A DNA stretch of 39,181 nt from an uncultured Bacilli bacterium (lineage in GTDB: Bacteria > Bacillota_I > Bacilli_A > RF39 > UBA660). Under the pieces are notes generated by a model. That model was not told the origin of the DNA. It ran no database searches and saw only the letters and a program-made list of their open reading frames with translations. A program made the position numbers and the translations under genes. Every line of letters begins with the position of its first letter. Positions within the stretch are counted from its first letter, which is position 1. Shown piece by piece: positions 20,313 through 29,901 of the stretch. The DNA lies in contig CALVPE010000042.1 in the NCBI GenBank assembly GCA_944350485.1, positions 1 to 39,181 on the forward strand. Reading direction: 5' to 3'.

Positions 20313-20878
20313 AGATAATTTTAGCTAGTGCTTCAAAAAGAAGACAAGAATTATTAAAAATGATTGATCTTAATTATCAGGTAGTTATAAGTGATGAAGA
20401 AGAAATAGTTGATAAAAATTTAAATAATTTAGAAAATTGTCAAAATATTAGTTATCAAAAAGCTTTAAATGTTTTAAAGAAAACAAAAGGAGATCGAATT
20501 ATTATTGCTTGTGATACTATAGTTGTTAAAGATGAAAAAATATATGGTAAGCCAAAAGATTATCAAGATGCTTTTCAAATGTTAAAAACTTTTAGTGGAA
20601 CTAGTCATGAAGTTATATCTTGTTTAACAGTTTTAAAAGTAGTTAATGATAATACCGAAACTTATAAAGATTATGATATTTGTCGAGTTTATTTTGATAA
20701 TTTAACAGATTTAGAAATCAAAGATTGGATTTTAAATGGTAAACCTTTTGATAAAGCTGGTGGTTATGCAATTCAAGAACAGTTTGGAAAATATGTAACT
20801 AAAATTGAAGGTGATTTCTATACAATTGTTGGACTACCTTTAAATAAGTTGTATAATATTTTAAAAAAAATTAGTTGA
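20309..20878 (+). CDS. maf: Maf family nucleotide pyrophosphatase
   Basis: ILASAS.RR..LL, CDTIV, GKP, DKAGGYAIQ, IVGLP. Confidence 0.93.
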   Translation: MKIILASASKRRQELLKMIDLNYQVVISDEEEIVDKNLNNLENCQNISYQKALNVLKKTKGDRIIIACDTIVVKDEKIYGKPKDYQDAFQMLKTFSGTSHEVISCLTVLKVVNDNTETYKDYDICRVYFDNLTDLEIKDWILNGKPFDKAGGYAIQEQFGKYVTKIEGDFYTIVGLPLNKLYNILKKIS

Positions 20879-20888
20879 AATAAAACAT

Positions 20889-20917
20889 TTGACATTTTTT
20901 AATTTTTAGTGTATCTT
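20889..20917 (+). promoter_or_regulatory. SigA promoter of the argS leader
   Basis: TTGACA (20889-94), 17 nt, TATCTT (20912-17). Confidence 0.7.
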
Positions 20918-20924
20918 ATTTATC

Positions 20925-21120
20925 AAGGAACAAAGAAAAGAAGTAGTAGAAGAGTTACTATATTTTAGTGAGAAGATGGTTGGTGAAAATCTTTTTATAG
21001 TTCTTTGAACGTAGCTTTTTAGTTTCATCGTTTATTTACGTTATCAAATAAAGTGCATAGAAATTCTATGAAGTAAGGTGGTACCACCCCAATGGGTCCT
21101 TATTTTATAGAATTTTTTTA
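20925..21120 (+). ncRNA. T-box riboswitch (Arg specifier) upstream of argS
   Basis: AGTA bulge, AGTGAGA/GGTTGGTGAAA stem I apex, GAA-CGT (Arg codon 21010-21012), stem III catag/ctatg, T-box AAGGTGGTACCAC (21075-21087) pairing with GTCCTT. Confidence 0.88.
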
Positions 21121-21135
21121 AATCTTGGAGGAAAT

Positions 21136-22851
21136 ATGTTAAAAGAGTTAGAAAAATATTTAGAAGAGTTGTTAGAAAATTTAGGTTATAGTAATGAGAG
21201 TGTTATAATTTTACCAAGTAGTAGAAGAGAATTTGGAACATTTCAATTAAATGTTTGTATGGGTTTAGCAAAGAAATATCATCAAAATCCAATTGAAATT
21301 GCTAAGAAAATTATTAGTAATTTAGATAGTCGTTTTGTAGATATTAATATAGCAGGACCTGGTTTTATTAATTTTAATATTGATAGTAAAACTTTATTAA
21401 ATTATTTAAATAAAGGAATATCTAACTTTAAAATTTTTATTCCTAATGTTCCTAAAAAGAAGATAATAATTGACTTTGGAGGTGCTAATGCGGCTAAAGC
21501 TTTACATGTTGGTCATATGAGATCTGCAAATATTGGGGAAGCTTTAAGACGTCTTACTAAGCTCATGGGTTATGACGTTATTAGTGATGTTCATCTAGGT
21601 GATTTAGGACGACAAGCTGGAATGTTACTTTCTGAAATTAAAAAAAGAGGCGAATATTTAGAATATTTTGATTCTAATTTTCAAGGTAAATATCGAAAAG
21701 TTACTTATACGCCTAAAAAATTAGGAGAATTATACGTTGCTGCTAACATTGAAGCTAAAGAAAATGAAGAAAGAATGAATGAAGTTAGAGAAATAACAGC
21801 TGAAATAGATAAAGGTAATCAACAATATTTAGCACTTTGGAAACAATTAGTTGCTATTTCTAGTGTTTCTATTAAGGAAGTTTATAATGAATTAAACTGT
21901 CATTTTGATTTATGGGAAGGGGAATTAGATGCTTTTAAAGATATTCCTTTAATGATAAAAAAAATGCAGTCTTATTTGTACGAGTCAGATGGAGCTATGG
22001 TTATTGATATTAAAGAAGAAACAGATACTAAAGAAATGCCACCTTTAATTGTTATTAAAAAAGATGGTGCAACTATCTATGCTACTCGTGATTTAGCAAC
22101 TATTTATTCAAGAGAGGAAAGGTTTCATCCTGATGAAATATGGTATGTAGTTGATAATCGCCAAGCTTTATATTTTGAACAAGTCTTTAGAGCTGCTCGT
22201 AAAACTAATTTAATAAATGCAAATTGCAATCTTTATCATCTTGGTTTTGGAACTATTAATGGTGAAGATGGTAAACCTTATAAAACAAGAGATGGTGGAG
22301 TTATGGAGCTTGCTTCCTTAATTAACTTAATTAGAAAGCAAATTAATCAAAAAATGAAACCAGATCTTATCGTCAATCGTGAAGATATTCAAGAAAAACT
22401 AACTATTGCTACTTTAAAATATGCTGATTTAATGTCCTATCGAGCAACTGACTACATCTTCGATCCTGATAAATTTTCATCTTTTGATGGAAAAACAGGC
22501 CCTTATATCTTATATACAATTGTTCGTTTAAAATCAATCTTAGAAAAAGTTCAAAAACAAGATTATAAAATTCTTAAAATTGAGAATAAAGAAATGGAAG
22601 ATATTCTTTTAAAAATAATAGAATTACCTACTATTTTAGAAAAATCTTTAAGAGAAAAAAGTTTAAACTTTATAACAGATTTTTTATTTGATTTAAGTAG
22701 TTTATTTAATAAGTTTTATAATACTTACCATATTTTAACTGTGAAAAATAAAGATATTCAAACATCATATTTAGCTATGTTACAATTAGTTTATATTGTT
22801 ATTTCTAATTTATTAAATATTTTAGCAATTGATGAAGTAGATAAAATGTAA
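21136..22851 (+). CDS. argS: Arginine--tRNA ligase
   Basis: IAGPGFINF, AKALHVGHMRS (HIGH), KKDG...YATRDLA, YKTRDG, GPYILY. Confidence 0.96.
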   Translation: MLKELEKYLEELLENLGYSNESVIILPSSRREFGTFQLNVCMGLAKKYHQNPIEIAKKIISNLDSRFVDINIAGPGFINFNIDSKTLLNYLNKGISNFKIFIPNVPKKKIIIDFGGANAAKALHVGHMRSANIGEALRRLTKLMGYDVISDVHLGDLGRQAGMLLSEIKKRGEYLEYFDSNFQGKYRKVTYTPKKLGELYVAANIEAKENEERMNEVREITAEIDKGNQQYLALWKQLVAISSVSIKEVYNELNCHFDLWEGELDAFKDIPLMIKKMQSYLYESDGAMVIDIKEETDTKEMPPLIVIKKDGATIYATRDLATIYSREERFHPDEIWYVVDNRQALYFEQVFRAARKTNLINANCNLYHLGFGTINGEDGKPYKTRDGGVMELASLINLIRKQINQKMKPDLIVNREDIQEKLTIATLKYADLMSYRATDYIFDPDKFSSFDGKTGPYILYTIVRLKSILEKVQKQDYKILKIENKEMEDILLKIIELPTILEKSLREKSLNFITDFLFDLSSLFNKFYNTYHILTVKNKDIQTSYLAMLQLVYIVISNLLNILAIDEVDKM

Positions 22852-22908
22852 TTATTATAATTCGACTAAATAAGACAAATTTATTTTTTAAAATAAAATT
22901 GTGATTTT

Positions 22909-24102
22909 ATGAAAAAAATATTTGTCTTTTTATTTATTTTTTTAATTTTTTTAACTACTAATGCATATCTTGTAACTAAAAAATTTGCTTTTAAAGAAAA
23001 AGAAGAATTAGAAATAAGAGGTGTTTATATTTCTTATTTAGAATATTTAACTTATTTTAAAGACAATTCTTTAACCGTTAATAAAGCTTATATTCAAAAG
23101 ATTTTAGATAACATTAATTCTTTAAATTTTAATACGATTTTTTTGCATGTTTCACCTTTTTCAGATAGTATTTATGATTCTAAAATATTTCCTTATTCAT
23201 ATACTATAAGTGGAGTTGAAGGCAAAAATCCAGGTATGGATTATTTAGAATATTTTATTAAAGAAGCTAAAAAGAGAAATATTAAAGTTCATGCTTGGCT
23301 TAATCCTTATCGGATTAGTTCAAGTTCTGATATTACTTTATTATCAAAAGATAATCCTGCTTATACTTTATTAAATACTAATGCGGTTAAAGTATCAGAG
23401 GAGGGGATTTATTATAATCCAGCTAGCCCAAAAGTAATTGATTTAATTTTAAAACAAGTATATGAATTAATTTCTAATTATGATTTAGCAGGAATTCATT
23501 TTGATGATTATTTTTATGTTAATAGAACTATTGATTTAGAAAATTATGAAAATTATAAAAGTAAATATAATGAAGATATTTCTCTAGAAGAATATCGTTT
23601 TAACATGATTAATACCATGATAAAAAGTGTGTATAAATTAATTAAAGATTATAATAAAGATCTTATTTTTAGTATAGCACCTGACGGCAATATCAATAAT
23701 AATTATATTTATCATTTTGCTGATATTAAAACTTGGCTAAAAGAAGATGGTTACGTTGATATTATTATGCCTCAAGTTTATTATGGTTTTGATAATCAAT
23801 ATAAGCCTTTTATAGAAACTTTAAATGAGTGGAATAACTTAATTTTAAATAATACTAAGATAATACCAGTTTTAGCTTTTTATAAAGTAGGATTAATTGA
23901 TGAAATGGCTGGTACCGGTAAAAACGAGTGGGTAAATCAAAATAATATAATTACAAGACAAGTTAATATTTCAAAAACTTTAAATAATTATCAAGGATTT
24001 ACTTTATTTAGATATGATTATTTATTTAATAATAATTTATTAAATAAGAATTCTTTAACGGAATTAGTTAATCTAAAAAATAATATAGGGAGTGATAGTT
24101 AA
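22909..24102 (+). CDS. Glycosyl hydrolase-like family 10 (GHL10/DUF187, YddW/DigH-like), exported
   Basis: EIRGVYI, FNTIF, VHAWLNPYR, YNPA, GIHFDDYFY, W...GYVD..MPQVY and an N-terminal signal. Confidence 0.88.
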   Translation: MKKIFVFLFIFLIFLTTNAYLVTKKFAFKEKEELEIRGVYISYLEYLTYFKDNSLTVNKAYIQKILDNINSLNFNTIFLHVSPFSDSIYDSKIFPYSYTISGVEGKNPGMDYLEYFIKEAKKRNIKVHAWLNPYRISSSSDITLLSKDNPAYTLLNTNAVKVSEEGIYYNPASPKVIDLILKQVYELISNYDLAGIHFDDYFYVNRTIDLENYENYKSKYNEDISLEEYRFNMINTMIKSVYKLIKDYNKDLIFSIAPDGNINNNYIYHFADIKTWLKEDGYVDIIMPQVYYGFDNQYKPFIETLNEWNNLILNNTKIIPVLAFYKVGLIDEMAGTGKNEWVNQNNIITRQVNISKTLNNYQGFTLFRYDYLFNNNLLNKNSLTELVNLKNNIGSDS

Positions 24103-24176
24103 AAAATATAGATTATGATATAAAATATTTATTAATAAAAAAAATAAGGTTTTAAATGTTTTATTTCTTTAAAACT

Positions 24177-24220
24177 AAAAGAATTAGATAAATTTATAAA
24201 CAAATTTATCTAATTCTTTT
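24177..24220. terminator. Bidirectional terminator between GHL10 and tRNA-Ala
   Basis: Perfect 19-bp stem aaaagaattagataaattt / aaatttatctaattctttt with a 6-nt loop. Confidence 0.8.
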
Positions 24221-24245
24221 TATATATATAAAATTAATTTTTAAT

Positions 24246-24321
24246 TGGTGGAGCATAGCGGGATCGAACCGCTGACCTTCACGGTGCAAACGTGACGCTC
24301 TCCCAGCTGAGCTAATGCCCC
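24246..24321 (-). tRNA. tRNA-Ala (anticodon TGC)
   Basis: Reverse complement GGGGCATTAGCTCAGCTGGGAGAGCGTCACGTTTGCACCGTGAAGGTCAGCGGTTCGATCCCGCTATGCTCCACCA, with the G3:U70 identity pair and CCA end. Confidence 0.97.
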
Positions 24322-24356
24322 AAATATTGTTTGTACAACCACCAACAACATATAAG

Positions 24357-24385
24357 ATTATATTATAAGCTTTCGCTACTGTCAA
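24357..24385 (-). promoter_or_regulatory. Consensus SigA promoter of tRNA-Ala
   Basis: TTGACA (24385-80), 17 nt, TATAAT (24362-57). Confidence 0.85.
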
Positions 24386-24468
24386 TACTTTTTACAAAAA
24401 AATGTAAATTTCTAAATTGGCTCAATTTTTGTTTGTTAAAATAAAGTTAAAATTTACTTTCTTGGGCA

Positions 24469-24497
24469 TTTACAACTAACTTTGTACGTGCTATACT
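24469..24497 (+). promoter_or_regulatory. SigA promoter of the amino-acid ABC operon
   Basis: TTTACA, 17 nt, TGc-TATACT. Confidence 0.65.
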
Positions 24498-24522
24498 TAT
24501 TAGTATAATAGGAGATGTAGAT

Positions 24523-25239
24523 ATGAAATTTAAAAAATTAATCTTTGTAACTTTAATAATATTTCTTTTTACAGGTTGTAGAAACGATGAAAATACTTTA
24601 GTTATGGTAACTGAAGCTGGTTTTGCACCTTACGAATATTATGAAAATGGTGATATTGTTGGAGTTGATATTGATATTGCTAAAGAAATAGCTAAAGAAC
24701 TTGGTAAAGAATTAGTAATTAAAGATGTGGCTTTTGATTCCATAATCAATGAAATTAAAAGTGGTAAAGCTGATTTTGGAGCAGCTGGTATTAGTTATTC
24801 CGAAGAACGAGCCAAAGAAGTTGATTTTACAATTGATTATGCAACTTCTAAACAAGTTATTGTTGCTAAAAAAGGTGTTTCTGAAATAGCTGATTTTGAT
24901 GATAAGAGAATAGCTGTTCAACTAGGAAGCGTAGCTGATTCTTTTGTAACAAAAAATTTCAAGAATGCAACTATTGTTCGACAAAAGAAATTTTTAGCTG
25001 CTATTGAAGATTTAAAAAATGATAAAGTTGATTTAGTTATCATGGATGAATTACCTGCCAAAGAACTTATCAAGCCAAATCCTAGTTTAACCATTTTAGA
25101 TCAAGAAGTTTTTACAGATAAATATGGTATGGTTGTTAAGAAAGGTAATCAAAAACTATTAGATAAAATTAATAATGTCTTAAAACGTTTAATTAAAGAA
25201 GGAAAAATTGATAACTATGTTTTAGAACATACTAAGTAG
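24523..25239 (+). CDS. Polar amino-acid ABC transporter substrate-binding lipoprotein (family 3)
   Basis: Lipobox LFTGC, EAGFAPYEY, G.DIDIA, FDSII, GISY..ER. Confidence 0.92.
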   Translation: MKFKKLIFVTLIIFLFTGCRNDENTLVMVTEAGFAPYEYYENGDIVGVDIDIAKEIAKELGKELVIKDVAFDSIINEIKSGKADFGAAGISYSEERAKEVDFTIDYATSKQVIVAKKGVSEIADFDDKRIAVQLGSVADSFVTKNFKNATIVRQKKFLAAIEDLKNDKVDLVIMDELPAKELIKPNPSLTILDQEVFTDKYGMVVKKGNQKLLDKINNVLKRLIKEGKIDNYVLEHTK

Positions 25240-25245
25240 GTGTTT

Positions 25246-25938
25246 ATGCAAAAAATAATTGATAATTTTTATTATACATGTCTTTATGAAGATCGTTATC
25301 TTTATATTTTAGAGGGGTTAAAAAATACCTTAATAATTGCCCTTTTTGCTGTAATTTTAGGAACTGTTATCGGAATTTTAATCGCTATTATTAGAAATTA
25401 CTATGAAAATACTGGAAAATTAAAAATTCTTAATTCATTAGGAAAATTGTATGTAACAGTTATTAGAGGAACTCCTTCAATTTTACAATTAATGATAATT
25501 TATTATGTTATTTTCAAAACTTCTGATATTAATATTATCTTGGTAGGAGTTGTTTCTTTTGGAATTAATTCAGGAGCTTATGTTGCCGAAATAATTAGAG
25601 CTGGATTTGATTCTATTCCCAAAGATCAACGAGAAGCCGGTTATGCTTTAGGTTTAAATTATTCAAAATGTATGCGTTTTATTATTTTGCCACAAGCCAT
25701 TAAAAATATTTTACCAGCTTTAGGAAATGAATTTATTACTTTAGTTAAAGAAACTGCTATTGGATCAACAATAGGAATTGTTGAACTAACTAAAGCTTCA
25801 GATATTATTGCATCACGTACTTATGATTACTTTTTTCCTTTAATAATTGTTGCAATTATATACTTATTAATAACTTTAGGATTATCAAAATTAGTAAAAA
25901 AGATGGAGGTTACACTTGGAAAACATATTAACAGTTAA
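25246..25938 (+). CDS. Polar amino-acid ABC transporter permease
   Basis: IRGTP..LQL, GAYVAEIIRAG, EA..ALG, ILPQA, LVKET. The start may be GTG 25240 or ATG 25246. Confidence 0.92.
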   Translation: MQKIIDNFYYTCLYEDRYLYILEGLKNTLIIALFAVILGTVIGILIAIIRNYYENTGKLKILNSLGKLYVTVIRGTPSILQLMIIYYVIFKTSDINIILVGVVSFGINSGAYVAEIIRAGFDSIPKDQREAGYALGLNYSKCMRFIILPQAIKNILPALGNEFITLVKETAIGSTIGIVELTKASDIIASRTYDYFFPLIIVAIIYLLITLGLSKLVKKMEVTLGKHINS

Positions 25939-26641
25939 AAATTTAGTTATGAAATTTAAAAACAAAGCTGTTTTAAAAAATATTGATTTAACAGTTAAAA
26001 AAGGAGAAATTATTTTTATAATTGGACCAAGTGGTTGTGGTAAATCAACTTTTCTTCGTTGTTTAAATCGTTTATTAATTCCAACTCGCGGAGAAATAAT
26101 TTTTGAAGGTCAAGATTTAAAAGCTAAAAAAACAAATATTAATTTAATAAGACAAAAAATGGGGATGGTTTTTCAAAGTTATAACTTATTTCCGCATTTA
26201 ACTGTTTTAGAAAATTTAACTTTAGCACCTTTAAAACTTCATTTAATGACCAAAGAAGAAGCTAATACAAAAGCTATCGATTTATTAAAATCAATTGCTT
26301 TAGAAAATAAAAAGAAAGTTTATCCTAATAGTTTATCCGGCGGAGAAAAGCAAAGAATTGCAATTATTAGATCAATGATGATTGAACCAAGTTTACTTTT
26401 ATTTGACGAACCAACCAGTGCTTTAGATCCAGCGATGGTTAAAGAAGTTACCAGTTTAATGGAAAGTCTTGGAGAAAAAGGAATGACAATGATTATTGTC
26501 TCTCATGAGATGAATTTTGTTAAAGAATTTGCTACCCGAGTTTTATTTATGAAAAATGGAAAAATTTTAGAAGAAGGAACACCTAAAGAAATATTTAACA
26601 ATCCTAAATGTGAAGATTTAAAGAATTTTTTAAGTAAATAA
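25916..26641 (+). CDS. Polar amino-acid ABC transporter ATP-binding protein (GlnQ/ArtP type)
   Basis: GPSGCGKST, LSGGEKQR, LFDEPTSALDP. TTG start after GGAGG. Confidence 0.93.
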   Translation: MENILTVKNLVMKFKNKAVLKNIDLTVKKGEIIFIIGPSGCGKSTFLRCLNRLLIPTRGEIIFEGQDLKAKKTNINLIRQKMGMVFQSYNLFPHLTVLENLTLAPLKLHLMTKEEANTKAIDLLKSIALENKKKVYPNSLSGGEKQRIAIIRSMMIEPSLLLFDEPTSALDPAMVKEVTSLMESLGEKGMTMIIVSHEMNFVKEFATRVLFMKNGKILEEGTPKEIFNNPKCEDLKNFLSK

Positions 26642-26680
26642 AAAAATCTAATTTCAAATTAAAAGTGATAGATTTTTTTT
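26641..26680 (+). terminator. Possible terminator between the ABC operon and arcA
   Basis: aaaaaatcta ... tagatttttttt inverted repeat ending in a T-run. Confidence 0.5.
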
Positions 26681-26724
26681 AAAAAATTTGCTACAATAAT
26701 TTCATAGTAGAATAAGGAGGAAAA

Positions 26725-27966
26725 ATGAATAAATTAAATGTTACTAGTGAAATTAAACCTTTAAAAGAGGTTTTAGTTCATAGACCAGGAAAGGAACTTT
26801 TAAACTTAACACCTAATACTTTACAAGAATTATTGTTTGATGATATTCCGTTTTTAAAAGATGCTCAAGCAGAACATGATGAATTTGTTCAAATTTTAAG
26901 AGATAATGATATTGAGGTTTATTATCTTGAAGATTTAATGGCTGAAACTTTAGATGCTAATCCAAAATTAAAACCTCGTTTTATTAAAAAATTCATTAAG
27001 GAAGCTGGAATAAATACTCCAAAATATCGGGATTTAGTTTATGATTATTTAATGAGTATTAAAAATAATAAAGCTTTTGTTTTAAAAACAATGGAAGGTA
27101 TTCAAATTAGTGAACTTGATCGAAGTAAACGCGTTTTAGAAAAATCTTTAGTTGATCTTGTAACGGCTGAAAGTGATTTTATTGTTGATCCAATGCCAAA
27201 TTTATATTTTACAAGAGATCCATTTGCAACAATTGGTTCTGGTATTTCTTTAAATAAAATGTATTCAGTTACTAGATCAAGAGAAACCATTTATGCTGAA
27301 TATATTTTTAATCATCATCCTAAATATAAAGGTTATGTCAATAAATATTATGATCGTTATTTTGATTGTCATATTGAAGGTGGAGACATTTTAAATTTAA
27401 GCGAAAAAGTGTTAGCGGTTGGTATAAGTCAAAGAACCGAAGCTGGAGCAATTGATAAATTAGCTAAAGAAATATTTAAAAACAAAAATTGTAAAATTGA
27501 GACTATTTTGGCTTTTAATATTCCTGTTTCAAGAGCGTTTATGCATCTTGATACAGTTTTTACTCAAATTGATTATGACAAATTTACTTATCATCCAGGA
27601 ATTATGGAAACTTTACAAGTTTTTGAAATTAAAGAGGGAAATGATCCAAATAGTGATGAAGATTTAAAAGTAAAAGAAATTGAGGATTCTTTAGAAAATA
27701 TCTTAAAAAAATACTTAAAGAAAGAAATTACTTTAATTCCATGTGCTGGAGGAGATAAAGTGGCTAGTGAAAGAGAACAATGGAATGATGGAACTAACAC
27801 TTTATGTATTAGTCCAGGAGTTGTAGTTGTTTATAATCGGAACAATGTTACAAATGAAATATTAAGAAGCCATGGTATTAAAGTAATTGAAATGCAAAGT
27901 GCAGAATTATCACGTGGACGAGGTGGTCCAAGATGTATGAGCATGCCATTAGTAAGGGAGGATTAA
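26725..27966 (+). CDS. arcA: Arginine deiminase
   Basis: [45 protein letters not shown] (catalytic Cys). Confidence 0.97.
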   Translation: MNKLNVTSEIKPLKEVLVHRPGKELLNLTPNTLQELLFDDIPFLKDAQAEHDEFVQILRDNDIEVYYLEDLMAETLDANPKLKPRFIKKFIKEAGINTPKYRDLVYDYLMSIKNNKAFVLKTMEGIQISELDRSKRVLEKSLVDLVTAESDFIVDPMPNLYFTRDPFATIGSGISLNKMYSVTRSRETIYAEYIFNHHPKYKGYVNKYYDRYFDCHIEGGDILNLSEKVLAVGISQRTEAGAIDKLAKEIFKNKNCKIETILAFNIPVSRAFMHLDTVFTQIDYDKFTYHPGIMETLQVFEIKEGNDPNSDEDLKVKEIEDSLENILKKYLKKEITLIPCAGGDKVASEREQWNDGTNTLCISPGVVVVYNRNNVTNEILRSHGIKVIEMQSAELSRGRGGPRCMSMPLVRED

Positions 27967-28964
27967 TGAACTTAAAAAATCGTGATTTTTTAAAACTTTT
28001 AGATTATACACCTGATGAAATTAGATATTTATTAGATTTGGCTCATGATTTCAAGAAAAAAAAACAAAATGGTGTACGTCATGAGTATTTAAAAGGTAAA
28101 AATATTGCTTTATTATTTGAAAAAACTTCAACTAGAACAAGATGTGCTTTTGAAGTGGCTGCTTATGATTTAGGAATGAATGTTACTTATTTAGATCCTG
28201 TTAGTAGTCAAATGGGAAAAAAAGAAAGTATAGAAGATACTGCTCGTGTTTTATGTCGAATGTATGATGGAATTGAATATCGTGGCTTTTCCCAAGAAAT
28301 AGTTGAAGAATTAGCAAATAACTCTTCTGTTCCAGTTTGGAATGGTTTAACAACAGAGTTTCATCCAACACAAATGTTAGCTGATTTAATGACGATTGAA
28401 GAACATTTTAAAAAATTAAAAGGTTTAAACCTTGTTTTTATGGGAGATGGACATAACAATGTTGCTAATTCCTTAATGGTTGCTTGCTCTAAAATGGGAC
28501 TAAATTTCACTTGTTGTAGTCCTAAAGATCTTTGGCCTGACAAAGAATTAGTTACTAAATGCCGGGAAATTTCTTTAGAAAATGGTTGTTCTATAACTTT
28601 AACAGATAATGTTAAATTAGGTACGATGAATCAAGATATTGTTTATACTGATGTTTGGGTATCTATGGGTGAACCAGCTAATGTTTGGGAAAGTAGAATT
28701 AAATTATTAAAAAAATATCAAGTTAATAAAAAGGTTATTGATAATATGAAACCTAATAGTATTTTCTTACATTGTCTTCCATCTTTTCATGATTTAAAAA
28801 CTAGTATTGGTAAAGAAATTAACGAAAAATTTAAAATTCCAGAAATGGAAGTAACTGATGAAGTTTTTGAATCTAGTTTATCAAAAGTATTTGATGAGGC
28901 TGAAAATAGAATGCATACTATCAAAGCGGTTATCTATGCCACATTAAAGGATCAAAATGAGTAG
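27966..28964 (+). CDS. arcB: Ornithine carbamoyltransferase (catabolic)
   Basis: [33 protein letters not shown] 27966 overlaps the arcA stop (TAATG). Confidence 0.95.
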   Translation: MNLKNRDFLKLLDYTPDEIRYLLDLAHDFKKKKQNGVRHEYLKGKNIALLFEKTSTRTRCAFEVAAYDLGMNVTYLDPVSSQMGKKESIEDTARVLCRMYDGIEYRGFSQEIVEELANNSSVPVWNGLTTEFHPTQMLADLMTIEEHFKKLKGLNLVFMGDGHNNVANSLMVACSKMGLNFTCCSPKDLWPDKELVTKCREISLENGCSITLTDNVKLGTMNQDIVYTDVWVSMGEPANVWESRIKLLKKYQVNKKVIDNMKPNSIFLHCLPSFHDLKTSIGKEINEKFKIPEMEVTDEVFESSLSKVFDEAENRMHTIKAVIYATLKDQNE

Positions 28965-29901
28965 AATAGTTGTTGCTCTTGGCGGAAATGCTTTAGGAAA
29001 TAACCCCGAAGAGCAAAGAAAAATATTAAAAAAAACAGTTATAAGTTTAGTTAATTTAATAAAAGATGGAAACGAAGTTATTTTAACGCATGGAAATGGA
29101 CCCCAAGTTGGGCAAATTTCTCTTGCCATGGAGTATTCCCATTCAAAAATAAATACCTCAAATATGCCATTTGCTGAATGTGGAAGTATGAGTCAAGGTT
29201 ATATTGGTTACCAACTACAACAAACTTTAGAAAGAGAATTAAAACGACAGGGAATAAAAAAAGATTGTGTAACTGTTATAACACAAGTTCTAGTTGATGC
29301 TAACGACAAAGCTTTCAAAAATCCTACCAAACCAATTGGTCTTTTCTATGAAAAAGAAAAAGCAATGCAAATTGCCAAAGAAAAAAAGCAAGTTTTTGTT
29401 AGCGATGCAGAACGTGGTTATCGGAGAGTTGTACCGTCTCCTAAACCAATTGATATAATTGAGAAAAAGGCTATTAAATTATTAATTGAAAACGGAGTTA
29501 TTGCTATCGCTTGTGGTGGTGGTGGGATACCAGTTATTAAAAAAAGACAAGAATTATTAGGAATTGATGCTGTTATTGATAAAGATAAAACAGCAGCTTT
29601 ACTTGCTAAAGAGTTAAAGGCAGATATTTTATTAATATTAACTGCGGTATCTAAAGTTTATTTAAACTTTAATAAAAAAAATCAACAAGAAATAGATCAA
29701 ATGACAACTTTAGAAGCTAAAAAATATATAAAAAACAATGAGTTTGCTAAGGGAAGCATGTTACCTAAAATTGAAGCTTGTCTTGATTTTTTAACAGATA
29801 ATAAGAAAATAGCTATAATTACCTCAATTGAAAATTTAAAAGATTTTCAAAAGAAAAATATTGGTACAAAAATAATTAAAGGAGAAAAAGAAAATGAGTG
29901 A
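28957..29901 (+). CDS. arcC: Carbamate kinase
   Basis: [43 protein letters not shown]. Confidence 0.96.
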   Translation: MSRIVVALGGNALGNNPEEQRKILKKTVISLVNLIKDGNEVILTHGNGPQVGQISLAMEYSHSKINTSNMPFAECGSMSQGYIGYQLQQTLERELKRQGIKKDCVTVITQVLVDANDKAFKNPTKPIGLFYEKEKAMQIAKEKKQVFVSDAERGYRRVVPSPKPIDIIEKKAIKLLIENGVIAIACGGGGIPVIKKRQELLGIDAVIDKDKTAALLAKELKADILLILTAVSKVYLNFNKKNQQEIDQMTTLEAKKYIKNNEFAKGSMLPKIEACLDFLTDNKKIAIITSIENLKDFQKKNIGTKIIKGEKENE

